A stretch of 64,000 nt of DNA from the human T2T-CHM13v2.0 reference genome, Homo sapiens, in NCBI RefSeq assembly GCF_009914755.1, contig NC_060931.1; one strand, 5' to 3'. Below are positions 13,401 to 26,715 of the stretch, one piece after another (the stretch's first letter is position 1; the number at the start of each line of letters is the position of its first letter). The notes beneath the pieces were generated by a model that made no database searches, had not been told where the DNA came from, and worked only from the letters and a program-made list of their open reading frames with translations. Both the position numbers and the translations under genes were made by a program.

Positions 13401-14890
13401 CCTCGGATTTTCTAGTACCTGGAGGTATCACCAGTGAAGGCCGCAAAACAGCAAAGATGAGAGCCTGTCCCTCTCTCTGGGAGCTTTGTCCCTGGGAGGT
13501 ACAGGCCTGTTGCTGGCCCAAAGGCACCTGTAAGAGGTGGGTAGAGACCTGGGAGGTCCCACCCAGTAAGAAGGAGCAAGATTGAGGACCCACTTAAAAA
13601 CGCAGTCTTACCATGTGTTGGTAGAGCAGCTGTTCCGTGCTGTGCTGGAGGTCCACTTCAGCCCCCGGTTGCCTCAGACACTCTGAAACCTGAAGGCTGG
13701 AAAAGCTAAGTCAGGCAAACAGCAAAGATGGTGCCTGCCACTCCCCCTGGGAGCACTGTCCTGGGAGAATTCAGCTCTCTGTTGGCTGGAAAACACAGGC
13801 AGGAGTGCTGGAGGCCCTGGTTGGGAGGTCCTGCCCAGTGAGGAGAAGTGGGACTGGGGACCCACTTAAGCAGTTTGGCCGCATTTTGGTAGAGCAGCTG
13901 TGCTTTCTGGGAGTCTTTTCTGCCCCTGGTCTGCTCAGACTCTCCAAATCCCAAAGATGGGAATGACTGAGTCACCCAGACAGCAGAGATGGCGACCTGC
14001 CTCTCCCTCTGGGAGCATCATCCCAGGGAGAATTCAAATCTGTGTTGTCTGGAGAACACAGGCAGGGATGGCTAGAGGCCCCACTTGGGAGGTTCCACCC
14101 ATAGGAGGAACAGGATCAGGTACCTGCTTAAAGTAGCAGTCTAGCCACATTTTGGTAGAGCAGTTGTGCTATGCTGGGGGATCCTTTCCACCTCTGGTCA
14201 GCTTGGACTCTCCAAAGCCCAGAGGCTGGAATGGCTAAGGTGCCCAAACAGCATAGATGGTGGCCCACCCCTCCCCTGGACGCTCCTCCCTAGGGAGGTG
14301 CAGTGCTGCTACCGGTGGCTGGGTAGAATTCCAAGCCAGTGGGTCTTATCTTGTGGGGTGCCGTGGAAGTGGGGCCTGTAGGTTTTGGCTGCTTAGCCCT
14401 CTAGATTCAGCCTCTTTCCAAGGGGTATGTACAGGGGTCCAGCCTTCCACTTTGCCAGAGCTGCAACTTCTTTTGCTGGAAAGCCCAGTATCTAAGCCTC
14501 CAGGGTTTCCATGCATGTCTGAGCAGCATCTCTGCCAAGACTCCATGTAGCTCTGTCTGTGAGACCGAAGGCCCTGGTGGAATGGGTTCACAAGGAGATC
14601 TCCTGACCCAAGGTTTGCAAAGATTCATGGGAGAAGTGTGGTTTCCTGAGGTCACACATTGACTCACTGCTTCCCTGGGCAGGGGAGGTTCCCCTGGCTC
14701 TGCGTTACTCCTGGGTGGGCTGTTGTCCTGTCTTGCTTTTCTTCATTCTCCATGGGTCAAGTTGTTTCCTTGATTAATCCCAATGTGAGTACCTGGATGT
14801 TTCAATTGAAGGTGCTATATTAACTTGTCTTTCTCTATGAGAGCCATGCACACTGGCTGCTTCTGGTCGGCCATCCTGACTACTCCCCTG
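7421..14890 (-). mobile_element. Near full-length, inactivated L1PA12-15-like LINE-1 (5'UTR, ORF1, ORF2, 3'UTR)
   Basis: Ordered minus-strand ORF2 fragments (VGDFNTP; [10 protein letters not shown]; KWCWENW) and ORF1 fragments (MKERLLKAAREKG). 5' start reads GGGGAGTAGTCAGGATGGCCGAC; many stops and frameshifts. Confidence 0.92.
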
Positions 14891-17181
14891 GAATTCCTTT
14901 TCTATAAGAATGCTGCATTTAGGACCCCAAACTCTTCTGGTTTGTAGGCTTTCTGCTGAAAGGTTTGCTGTTTGCCTGATCGGGTTCCCTTTGTAGGTGA
15001 CCTTCCCCTTTTGTTTTGCTGCCTTTAACATTTTTTCTTTCATTTTGACTTTGGCAAATCTAATGACTATATATGTCTTAGGGAATGGTCATCTTGTATA
15101 GTATTTTGCAGGATTCTCTGCATATCTTGAATTTGAATGTTGACTTCTCTAGAGAGGTTGGGGACATTTTCATGGTTGTTATCCTCAAATATGTTTCCCA
15201 ATTTCCTTGCTTTGTCTCCCTCTCTTTCAGGGATGGCAATGAATCACATATTTTGTCTCTTTACATAATCCCATATTTCTCAGAGGTTTTGTTTATTCCT
15301 TTTTATTCTTTTTTCTTTTTCTGACTGAGCTAATTTCAAGAACCAGTCTTCAAGCATTGAGATTCTTTCCTCAGTTTGGTCGAATCTGCTATTAATACTT
15401 GTGATTATATTATGAAATTCTCGAAGTGTGCATGTCTATCAGATCAGTTTGCTTCTTTCTTAAAATGGCCCTTCGATATTTCGGCTTCTGTATCCGTTTG
15501 TCATATTCCTTAGATTCCTTGGATTGAGCTTTGACATTCTGTTGAATCTTGATGATCTTCATTCGTATCCATGTTCTGAATTCTATGTCACTCATTTCAG
15601 CCATTTCAGCATGGTTAAGAACCATTGCTGGGAAACTAGGTAGTTGTTTGGAGGTAATAAGACACTCTGGCTGTTTGAGTTGCCAGAGGTCTTGTGCTGG
15701 TTCTTTCTCATGTGTGGGCTGATGTTCCTTCAACCTTTGATGTTGCTGTCCTTGGATGGGTTTTTTTGCTTTTATATTCTTTGATGCCCTTGGGTGTTTG
15801 ATTGTGATATAAGGTAGGTTCAGTCAATTGGCTTCATTTCTGGAAGATTTTAGTGGGCCAAGGCTTAGCTCAGCACTCCTCGGCTGTGTGCTATAACTCT
15901 GGGGAACTGGTACCTGGCCCCTGGCTTTGTTCTCTGGCCCCTCAAGGTTAGGAAGCTGCTGCACTGGAAGGGCCAAGGTGTTTTCAGTCCACTGGTCACA
16001 ATACTCCTATGGGTGGTACCGGCCAAACCACTTCATCGAGGTGGTGGCAGTGGGATTCATGCTCCTTCATGTGTGCCAGCATCTGCAGAAGTATAGCGAG
16101 GTACACCCTCATTGGCTGGGGCAGGGTACCAGTGGAAGCGAGGCAGTGATGTACATGCAGGTACTTATGCAGTTGTGGCAGGGGTGGGGGTACTGGCATC
16201 CATGCATGCTCTCTTGCTGCTATCATGGCAGGAGCAGGGTGCTGGCAGGGGTGTGGTTGCTGGTATCATTGTGTGCCTTCATGTCGGTGGCAGTGTATCT
16301 CTGTGCCCACACATCAGTGGGGGAATAATGGCAGGGTACACTCATGCTGGCAGTTCTAGGGTGTCAGGGTGCACACACATACATGTACCAGCATGGGATG
16401 GGAGAGGAGGGTGACATGTGCCAGCAAAGCAGTGGGGAGTCAGGGCATGGGCAAATAGTATATGCCAGTAAAGTAGGTGAGGCAAGTCTGCCTTGGGGGT
16501 AAGCTGTGGGTGGGCTAGCATGTATTGGCAGGGGCTGGTCTGTTGGAACTCTGAGATGGTCAAGAATTGTCTGCCAGCAAAGGAGGCATGATAGGGCCCC
16601 CAGGAAGCACCCTGGTTGGGCATCTGAGGCCGCATTGCAAGTGGGCATGGTAGGCTGGAGCCCAAGGAGAGGCTAGCTGACAGGAGGGTGCTTAGATCAG
16701 ACTGGCTTTGTCCTACAGGCAAGAGCACCTTCTCTGTCCAGGTCTGACGGTCACCCTAAGGCTAAAGGCTCCCACAGGAGCATGGTAAGCCTTGGGGGAG
16801 GGGCATCCTTGGATGTGCTCCAGTGCAGCTCTTCCTGTGCCAAGCCCTCTTGGTTTTGCACAGGCTGGAGCCCTGTACCTACAGCCTTTTCAGGCATCTC
16901 TCCCTGCCAGCTTAAGTGTCTGTTGGGGAAATGATCTCCTGCTGCTAGGATCCTGGCAGTCTGTGGTGAGAGCGGGCCGCTCCTCACTTGTTCAACTTGC
17001 CTTTTCCCCAGAAGATGCTGGGGGCTAGGAACAAGTCCCTGTGCTTAGCCTCCCCATGCTGGGTTCCCGGCTTCCTCCCTCTTCCACCCAGTGTCTGCTT
17101 CCTCCCTCTGTCCACTCTAAATGCCTTCCCTCCAAAGATCTGTTCAGAGTCTGCCAGTCTTCCTGATGTCCAAGTCTCTTA
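14891..17181 (-). mobile_element. Second L1 5' portion (L1PA15/16-like 5'UTR plus ORF1 cut at KEFQ)
   Basis: ORFs 15410..15733 and 14774..15043 are ORF1-like; the GC-rich 5'UTR differs from the one at 12500-14890. Confidence 0.85.
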
Positions 17182-17817
17182 TCAATATAATCTTTTTCAA
17201 AATTTTAATGACATTTTTCATAGAAAATGGAAAAGTTTCCTAAAATTTATATCAAACCTCCAGTCTTGAGTAGCCAAAGCAACCCTGAGCAAAAGAAACA
17301 AAGCTGAAGGCATTATGCTTCCTGACTTCAAACTATGTTACAATGCTATAGTAATTGAAACAGCTTGGTACTAAAACAAAAACAGATACATAGACCAATG
17401 GAACAAAGTAGAGAACCCAGAAATTAATGTATGCATATTATGGTCAACTAATTTTTGACAAGACACCAAGAGTACACAATAGGGAAAGGATAATCTCTTC
17501 AGTAAATAGTGTTCAGAAAACTGAATATTCACATGCAAAAAAAAAAAAAAAAAAAGGAAAAAGAAAGAAGGAAAGAAAGAAAACAAAGAAAGAGAGAGAG
17601 AAATCGGACCTTTCTCTTATATCATACACAAAAATCAACTCAAAACAAATTAAATAATTTAACATAAGACCTGAAACTGTAAAATTACTAAAAGAAAATA
17701 TAGGGGAAAAGCTAATTGACATTGTTCTTGGCAAAGATATTTTTGGACTTAACACCCAAAGTACAGGCAACAAAGAAAAGATAAATAAGTGGAACGACAT
17801 TAAACTGAGAAGTTTCA

Positions 17818-18130
17818 AGCCAAGTGTAGTGGCTCATACCTGTAATCCCAGTGCTTTGTGATACTGACACTGGAGGATTGCTTGAGGTCAGGAGTGCCAG
17901 GACTTTGAGATCTACCTGGGCAACATAGTGAGATTCCCATCTCTACAAAAAGTTAAAAAATTAGCCAGACGTGGTGGCATGCACTTGTAGTCCCAGCTAC
18001 TCATAAGGCTGAGGCAGGAGGGTTGGTTGAACCCAGGAGTTTGAGGCTTCAGTGAGCTATCACCTCATCACTATATTCCAGGCTGGGTGATAGAACAAGA
18101 CCCTGTCTAAACAAACAAACAAACAAACAA
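17818..18130 (+). mobile_element. AluJ-like
   Basis: Dimer, (AAAC)n tail, TSD-like gaagtttc. Confidence 0.9.
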
Positions 18131-18301
18131 ATGAAGTTTCTGCAAAGCAAAGGAAACAATCCACAAAATGAAAAGGCAACTTACAGAATGAGAGATAACA
18201 TGTGTAAACCATGTATCCAATAAGGTGTTAATATCCAGAATATTTAAGAAACTCAGTAGAAAACAACAACAACAACAACAACATTAAAAAATGGGCAAAG
18301 A

Positions 18302-18715
<414 letters not shown>

Positions 18716-19154
18716 TCAGAAAACATACAGATGGCCAACTGATATATGAAAAGACACTCGATATCACTACTCATCAGAGAAATGCAAATCTAAACCACAA
18801 AATTTAATAATGCCTTACATCTGTCTAGATGGCCAGTATAAAAAACAATCAAAAGATAACAAGTGTTGGCAAGGATGTGGAGAAAAGGGAACCTTCCTAC
18901 TCTATTGGTGGGAATGTAGATTAGGACAGCCATTATGGAAAACAGTATGGAGGTTCCTCAAAAAATTACAAGTAGAACTGCCATATGATCCAGCAGTTCT
19001 ACTTCTGGGTTATTTATTGAAAGAAGATAAAATCAGTATTTGGAAGAGATATTTGCACTTCTATGTTTATTGCAGGATTTTTAACAGTAGCCAAGATATT
19101 AAGACAACCTAAGTAGCTGTCAACAGAAGGATGGATTAATAAACTACAGTGTAT

Positions 19155-19157
<3 letters not shown>

Positions 19158-19192
<35 letters not shown>
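19158..19192. repeat. (CA)n microsatellite
   Basis: Seen directly. Confidence 0.95.
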
Positions 19193-19194
<2 letters not shown>

Positions 19195-20065
19195 ACAATG
19201 GAATACCATTTCAGATTTAAAAAAAAAAAAAAAGGAAATCCTGCGATTTGCAGTAACAGATGAACCTGGAGGTCAATAAACTACATGAAATATGCAAGAC
19301 ACAGAAAGACAAATACCACGTGATCTCATGTATTAGATATGGAGCCTAAAAATAGTCAAACTTATAGTAACAGAGAGTAAAATGTTGATTACCAGAGGCT
19401 GGGGGATAGGAGAAAAGGGGAGATATTGGTCAAAGGGTACAAGCCTTCAGTTATAAGATGATTAAGTGCTGGAGACCTATATTGTGTACTTGAAAATTGC
19501 TATGATAGTAGATCTCAAGTGTTCTCACCATACATACACACACAAAAATCCAAAACAGAACAAAACAAAAAACCCAACAAAACCTCAAAAGGGATAAACT
19601 TAAAGTTAACTGCTTCTAAACACATGATAATCAAACTTCTAAACATAGAAGATTACAGCAAAAAATCTTGAAACCTGCCAGAGAAATATAATTTATTACA
19701 TATAGGGAACAACAGTTCAAGTGAATGCAGGGTTTTCAACAGGAACCATGGAGGACAGATGACAGTGAAATAGCATCTTTAGAGTTCTAAAAGAAAAGCA
19801 CTGCTAACCCAGAATTCTGTATTCAGTGAAAATGTACTTCAGAGATGAGGACAAAATAAAGAAATTCCCAGATAAAGGAAAACTAAGAATTATTACTAGC
19901 AAATCTGGTCTAAAAGAAATGCTAACAAAAGTTCTTCAGGCTAAAGGGAGATGGTATCAGAAGAAAACTTGGAACTTCATGAATGAAGAAAGAGCAACAG
20001 AAACTGTGAATATCTAAATAAATACAGCAGAGTTTTTCTCCTCTATTAAGGTCTTTCAATATGAC

Positions 20066-20137
20066 TACTCAAGCAATCCTCCCATTTCAGCCTCTCAAAG
20101 TTCTGGGATTACAGGTGTGAGCCACCATGCCTGGCCC
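20066..20137 (-). mobile_element. Alu fragment (first ~70 bp only)
   Basis: ctcaaagttctgggattacaggtgtgagccaccatgcctggcc. Confidence 0.85.
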
Positions 20138-20924
20138 TGACTCTACTCTTGAAAGCAAAATTTATGGCATTGCTGGGGAAGGTTTCCAGGTTTGCATGTA
20201 TAGTACAAGTGACTTTTAAAGCAAAGGCTACAGAGTAAAGGGAACTATGTGGTTATATATATTTAGTTGAAATGCTAAAATGTTAACTGTAGACTATTAA
20301 ATATTAGGTGTTCTATTTCATAAAGTAGTGACTATAAAGATACTAAGAGTTTTTAGCCAAAAAAGCCAATAAATAAATTAAAATGGAACATTAAAACATT
20401 AAAGTTATCCAAAAAGAAGGTGGTGAAAAAAGGGATAAACAGAAAACAAACAATAAAATGGTAGACCTAAATCAAACCTTATTAATAGATATGTTAAATA
20501 TAAATGGCCTAAGCACTCCAATTAAAAGAGATTTTTTGACTGGGTAAAAAAAGGACTCAATATATACAGAAACCCATTTTAATTATAGTGATAAAGATAG
20601 GTTAAAAGGATAGAAAAAGTTATTCCATGCAGAAAGTAATTGAAAAAAAGTTGGAGTAGATTTAATTATATATCAAAGTAGATTTCAGAACAAAGAAAAC
20701 TGACAGGGATAAAGTTGGACATTTACATATTAAAAAGCAGATTAATTTGCCAAGAAGACAGAACAAAACCAAAGTATGTATGCAGCTGATAACAGAGTCT
20801 AAAAAGCAAAAGGTAACAGAACTGAGAGGAGAAAATAGAAAAATCTACATTATACTTAGCAATGTCAACACTCCTCTCATAATAGTAGATCAAGTAAACA
20901 GAAAATTAGTAAGGGTACAAATGA

Positions 20925-21274
<350 letters not shown>

Positions 21275-21280
21275 CCCAAC

Positions 21281-21571
21281 TTTTTTTTAAGACAGGATCT
21301 CACCCTGTCACCCAGGTTGGAGTGCAATGGCACAATCATGGCTCACCACAGCCTCCACATCCCCAAGCTCAAATGATTCTCCCACCTCAGGTTCCTGAGT
21401 AGCTGGGACTACAGGCACACACCACTACACCCAGCTAATTTTTTGATTTTTTATAGAGGCTAGGTCTCACTATGTTGCCCTGGCTGGTCTCGAACTACTG
21501 GGCTCAAGTGGTCCTCTCACTTCAGCCTTTCAAAGTGCTGAGATTACAAGTGTGAACCACTGTGCCTGGCC
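21281..21571 (-). mobile_element. AluJ-like
   Basis: Diverged dimer directly adjacent to the AluY. Confidence 0.9.
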
Positions 21572-21804
21572 ACCCCAACATTTATAATTAACATTTATAA
21601 AATACTCCTCAGTGGCAGAATATATATTCTTTTCGAGGGCAAGTGGAACATTAAAAAAGATCTTATTCTGAGCCATAAAAGAAACCTTAGCAAATTTAAA
21701 AGAATTGAAATCATATAAAGTATGTTCTCTGTAATGGAATGAAACTAGATGTCAAGAACAGAAGATATCTGAAAAATCACCAAATGTTTGAAAATGTAAA
21801 AATA

Positions 21805-22192
21805 CACTTTTTTAAACAAATTATACTTTACATGTGCCATGGTGGTTTGCTGCACCCATCAACCTGTCACCTACATTAGGTATTTCTCCTAATGTTATCC
21901 CTACCCTAGCCACCCACCCCTAGACAGGCCCCAGTATATGACGTTCCCCACCCTGTGTCCATGTGTTCTCGTTGTTCAACTTCCACTTATGAGTGAGAAC
22001 ATGCAGTGTTTGGTTTTCTGATCTTGTAATAGTTTGCTGAGAGTGATGGTTTCCAGCTTCATCCATGTCCCTGCAAAGGACATGACCTCATCCCTTTTTG
22101 TGGCTGCGTAGTATTCCATGGTGTGTATGTGCCACATTTTCTTAATCCAGTCTATCATTGATAGACATTTGGGTTGGTTCCAAGTCTTTGCT
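21805..22192 (-). mobile_element. 5'-truncated L1PA (L1PA7/8-like) 3' end
   Basis: ORF2 C-terminus AKTWNQPKCLSMIDWIKKMWHIHTMEYY plus 3'UTR. Confidence 0.88.
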
Positions 22193-22392
22193 AATAACTC
22201 TTGGATCAAAGAGGGATTCTCGAGGAAAATTAGTCTTTTGAACTGAATGAAAAACTAAAACGCGTTGTATCAAAATGTGTAGCATGCAATTAAAGCAGCA
22301 CTTAGAAGGAAATTTAAAACATTAAAAACTTACTTAGAAAGAATTGTCTGAAATCAGTAACCTAAGCTTTCACCTTAAGAAACTAAAAAAGG

Positions 22393-22729
<337 letters not shown>

Positions 22730-23266
22730 TTAAACCCAAAACAAGCAAAATGGAGGAAATAATAGATAAAAGCAGAAATCAATGAAATTAAAAACAAAAA
22801 CAATAATTGGTGATATGAAAGGATGATTGCTTGAAATCATTAATAAAATTCATAAACTTCTGGTTAGGCTGATCAAGAAAATGAGAAAGGATACAAATTT
22901 CCAATATCAGGAATGAAAGAGGGCATATGACTACAGACCTTACATTCAAAGGATAAAAAGTTAATTGTGGAGGAAATGGGCCAATTTCTTGAAAGACAAA
23001 TCCTAACAAAACTCATAAAGAAGTAGATAACACAAATAGTCCTATATCTATTAAAGAAGTTGAATCAGTATTTAAAACCTTCCAACAATGAAAACTCCAG
23101 GCCTAGATATTTTTGCTGTTGATTGCAACCAGCCATTAAGGTAATAATAGTAATCCTATTCAATCCATCTCAGAAAATAGGAGATAACATTTCTCAACTC
23201 ATTTTATAAGGAAACTATTAGCCTGATACAAAATTAGACAAAATATTACAAGAAAAGGAAACTCTA

Positions 23267-25784
23267 CTCATACTGAGGTATATTGCTTGTTCAGTTCAAG
23301 ACTAATTCAATAAAGTAAATATTGCTATAAAGCAAGTCACAAAAAATTTTTGGTTTCCCCAGTGCGTATTAAAAGTTGTATTTACACTACACTGTAATCT
23401 ATTAAGTGTGTAATAGCATTATGTCTAAAAAATGTACATACCCTAATTAAACTACTTTACTGCTAAAAATGCTAACAATCATCTGAGCCTTCAGCAAGTC
23501 ATTACCTTTTTGCTGGTGGAGGGTCTTGCCTCAATATTGATGGCTGCTGACTGATTGATGTGCTGGCTGCTGAAGGATGGGGTGGATATGACAATGTCTT
23601 AAGACAACAATGGGCTGGGCACAGTGGCTTACAGCTATAATCCCAGCACTTGGGAGCCAAGGCAGGAGGATCACTTGAGTTCCAGACCAGTCTGGGCAAT
23701 ATAGCAAGACCCCATCTCAACAACAACAACAAAGAGACAGCAGTGAATTTTGCTGCATCCATGGACTCTTCCTTTCATGAAAGGTTTCTCTCTAGCATGC
23801 AATGTTATTTGGTAGCGTTCTACCCACAGTAGAACTTCTTTCAAAATTGGAGTCAATACTCTCAAACCCTGCCACTGCTTTATCAACTAAGTTCATTTAA
23901 TATCTTAAATCTTCTGTTGTTGTCATTTCAATAATGTTCACAGTGTCTTCACCAGGAGTACATTCCATTTCAAGAAACCACTTTCTTTGCTCATCCATAA
24001 GAAGGAACTCCTCATCTGTTCAAGTTTGATCATAAGATTGCAATAATTCAGTCACATCTTCAAGTTCTACTTCTAGTTCTCTTGCGATTTCCATGTTATC
24101 TGCAATGACTCCTTCCACCAAAGTCTTGAACCCCTCTAAGTCATCCATGAGAGTTGGAATCAACTTTTTCCAAATTCCTGTTAATGTTGATATTCTGTTA
24201 ATGTTGATATTTTAACCTCTTCTCATAAATCTCGAATGTTCTTGACGAATCTTTTCCAGAAGATTTTCAATTTACTTTGCCCAGATCCATCAGAAGACTC
24301 ATTGTCTATGGAGGCTAGAGCCTTAAGAAATATACTTTTTCAATAGTAAGACTTGGGTCTAAATTACTTCCTGATCCCTGGGCTACAGATTGGATGTTGT
24401 GTTAGAAGCCATGAAAACAACATTAATCTCCTGGTACATCTCTGTCATAGTTCTTGGGTGACTAGGTGCATTGTCAATGAGCAGTAATACTTTGAAAGGA
24501 ATCTTTTTTCTGAGTAGTGGATCAAAACAATGGGCTTTGAATATTTAGTAAGCCAAACTGTAAACAGAGGAGCTGTCATCCAGGCTTTGTTGCTCCATTT
24601 ATAGAGCTCAGGCAGAGTAGATTTAGCATAATTCTTAAATACCCTAGGATTTTTTGGAATGGTAAATAAGCATTGGCTTCAACTTAAAGCCACCAGCTGC
24701 GTTAGCCCCTAATAAGAGAGTCAGCCTGTCCTTTGAAGCGTTAAAGCCAGGCATTAACTTCTCTTCTTTTACTATGAAAGGTTTAGATGGCATCTTCTTC
24801 CAATATAAAGCTGTTAGGTCTACATTGAAAATCTGTTGTTTAGTGTAGCCACCTTCATCAGTTATCTTAGTTCAGTCTTCTGGATAAGTTAGCACAACTT
24901 CTCCATCAGCACTTGCTGCTTCACCTTTTTGTTTTATTATTATTATTTTTTTATGTACAGAGATGGCTTTTTTCTGAAACTTCATGAACCAACCTCTGCT
25001 AGCTTCAAACTTTTCTTCTGCGGCGTCTTTGCCTCTCTCATCCTTCATAGCATTAAAGAGAGGACCTTACTGTGGATTAGGCTTTGGCTTAAGAGAATGT
25101 TGTGGCTGGTTTGGTCTTCTATTCAGACCACTCAAACTTTCTTCATATCAGCAATAAGGCTCTTTCACTTCCTTCATGTGTTCACTGGAATAGTACTTTT
25201 AATTTCCTTTGAACTTTTTCTTTGTATTCACCACTTGCCTAACTGGCACAAGAGGCCTAGGTTTTGGCTATCTCAGTTTTTGACATGCCTTCCTCAATAA
25301 GATTAATCGTGTACAGCTTTTGATTTAAAGTGAGATATATGCCACTCTTCACTTAGAGGCCATTATAGGATTATTAATTGGCCTAATTTCAGTATTGTTG
25401 TGTCTCAAGGGAATAGGGAGACCTGAGGAGAAAGAGAGAGATGGGAAATGGCCGGTAGCTGGAGCATTCAGAACACACACATTTATCAATTAAGCTTGCC
25501 ATTTTATACAGGTGTGGTTCATGGCGCCCCAAAATTATTACAATAGTAACATCAAAGATCACTCATCACAGTTCACCATAACAGATACAATAATAATGAA
25601 AAAGTTTGAAATACTGTGAGAATTACCAAAACATGACAGGGAGACACAAAGTAAGCACATGCTATTGGAAAAATTGCACCGAAAGACTTGCTGGATGCAA
25701 GGTTGACACAAACCTTCAACGTGTAAAAAATACAATATCTGCAAAGCACAATAAAGTGAAATACATTAAAACAAGAAATGACTG
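23267..25784 (-). mobile_element. Full-length degenerate Tigger1 DNA transposon (TcMar)
   Basis: Both termini resemble Tigger1 TIRs flanked by TA; ~2.4 kb after removing the internal FLAM; transposase-like remnants on the minus strand. Confidence 0.88.
23613..23733 (+). mobile_element. FLAM (left Alu monomer) inside Tigger1
   Basis: Monomer with (AAC)n tail; diverged TSD aagacaacaatg/gagacagcagtg. Confidence 0.85.
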
Positions 25785-26049
25785 TACATACCAGTACACC
25801 TCATGGACACAGACATCAGAATCTTCAATAAATATTGACAGATCAAACTGGAATGCAAGAATGCTTCAGTACTTGAAAATGGATGTATTTCATTTTATTA
25901 GCAGACTAAAGAATAAAAATGATAGGATCCTACTAATAGGTGCATAGAAAAGCATTTGACAAAATTCAACTTTAATTCATGTTAAAAAAAATCTTTACAG
26001 CTAGGTATTAGAAGAAAACTTCCTTAAAGGGCATCTACAGAAGTTTACA

Positions 26050-26105
26050 ACAGGGTTTCTCAACATTGATACTGTTGATATTCTGGATGGGTAATTCTTC
26101 ATTAC
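26050..26105 (+). mobile_element. MER20-like fragment
   Basis: cagggtttctcaacattgatactgttgatattctggatgggtaattct. Confidence 0.5.
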
Positions 26106-26340
26106 AGATTGGAAAACTCGTTGTTAAGATGTCAGTTCTTTTCATATTGTTTTATAGATTCAATGCAATCTCAAAGTTTTAGAAGGCTTTTTTTGTAGAT
26201 ATAAAACTTACTCTAAAATTTATATGTCTAGGCAAAGTAACTGGAATAGGCAAAACAATTTCATGAAGGAAGAACTAAGTTGGAAACTCAAATTATCTGA
26301 TTTTAAGACTTACTGTTAAGATGCAGTAATCAGTGTGTTA

Positions 26341-26715
<375 letters not shown>

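Noticed and set aside
7421-17181. Numerous 60-130 aa ORFs as novel proteins or an active L1
   Set aside because: They are fragments of frameshifted L1 ORF1/ORF2, their antisense frames, or chance ORFs in GC-rich L1 5'UTRs; no intact ORF exists.
24178-24211. 17-bp tandem duplication CTGTTAATGTTGATATT
   Set aside because: Ordinary slippage duplication inside Tigger1.
23267-25784. Domesticated transposase gene (TIGD1-like)
   Set aside because: The Tigger1 ORF is broken by stops and a FLAM insertion.
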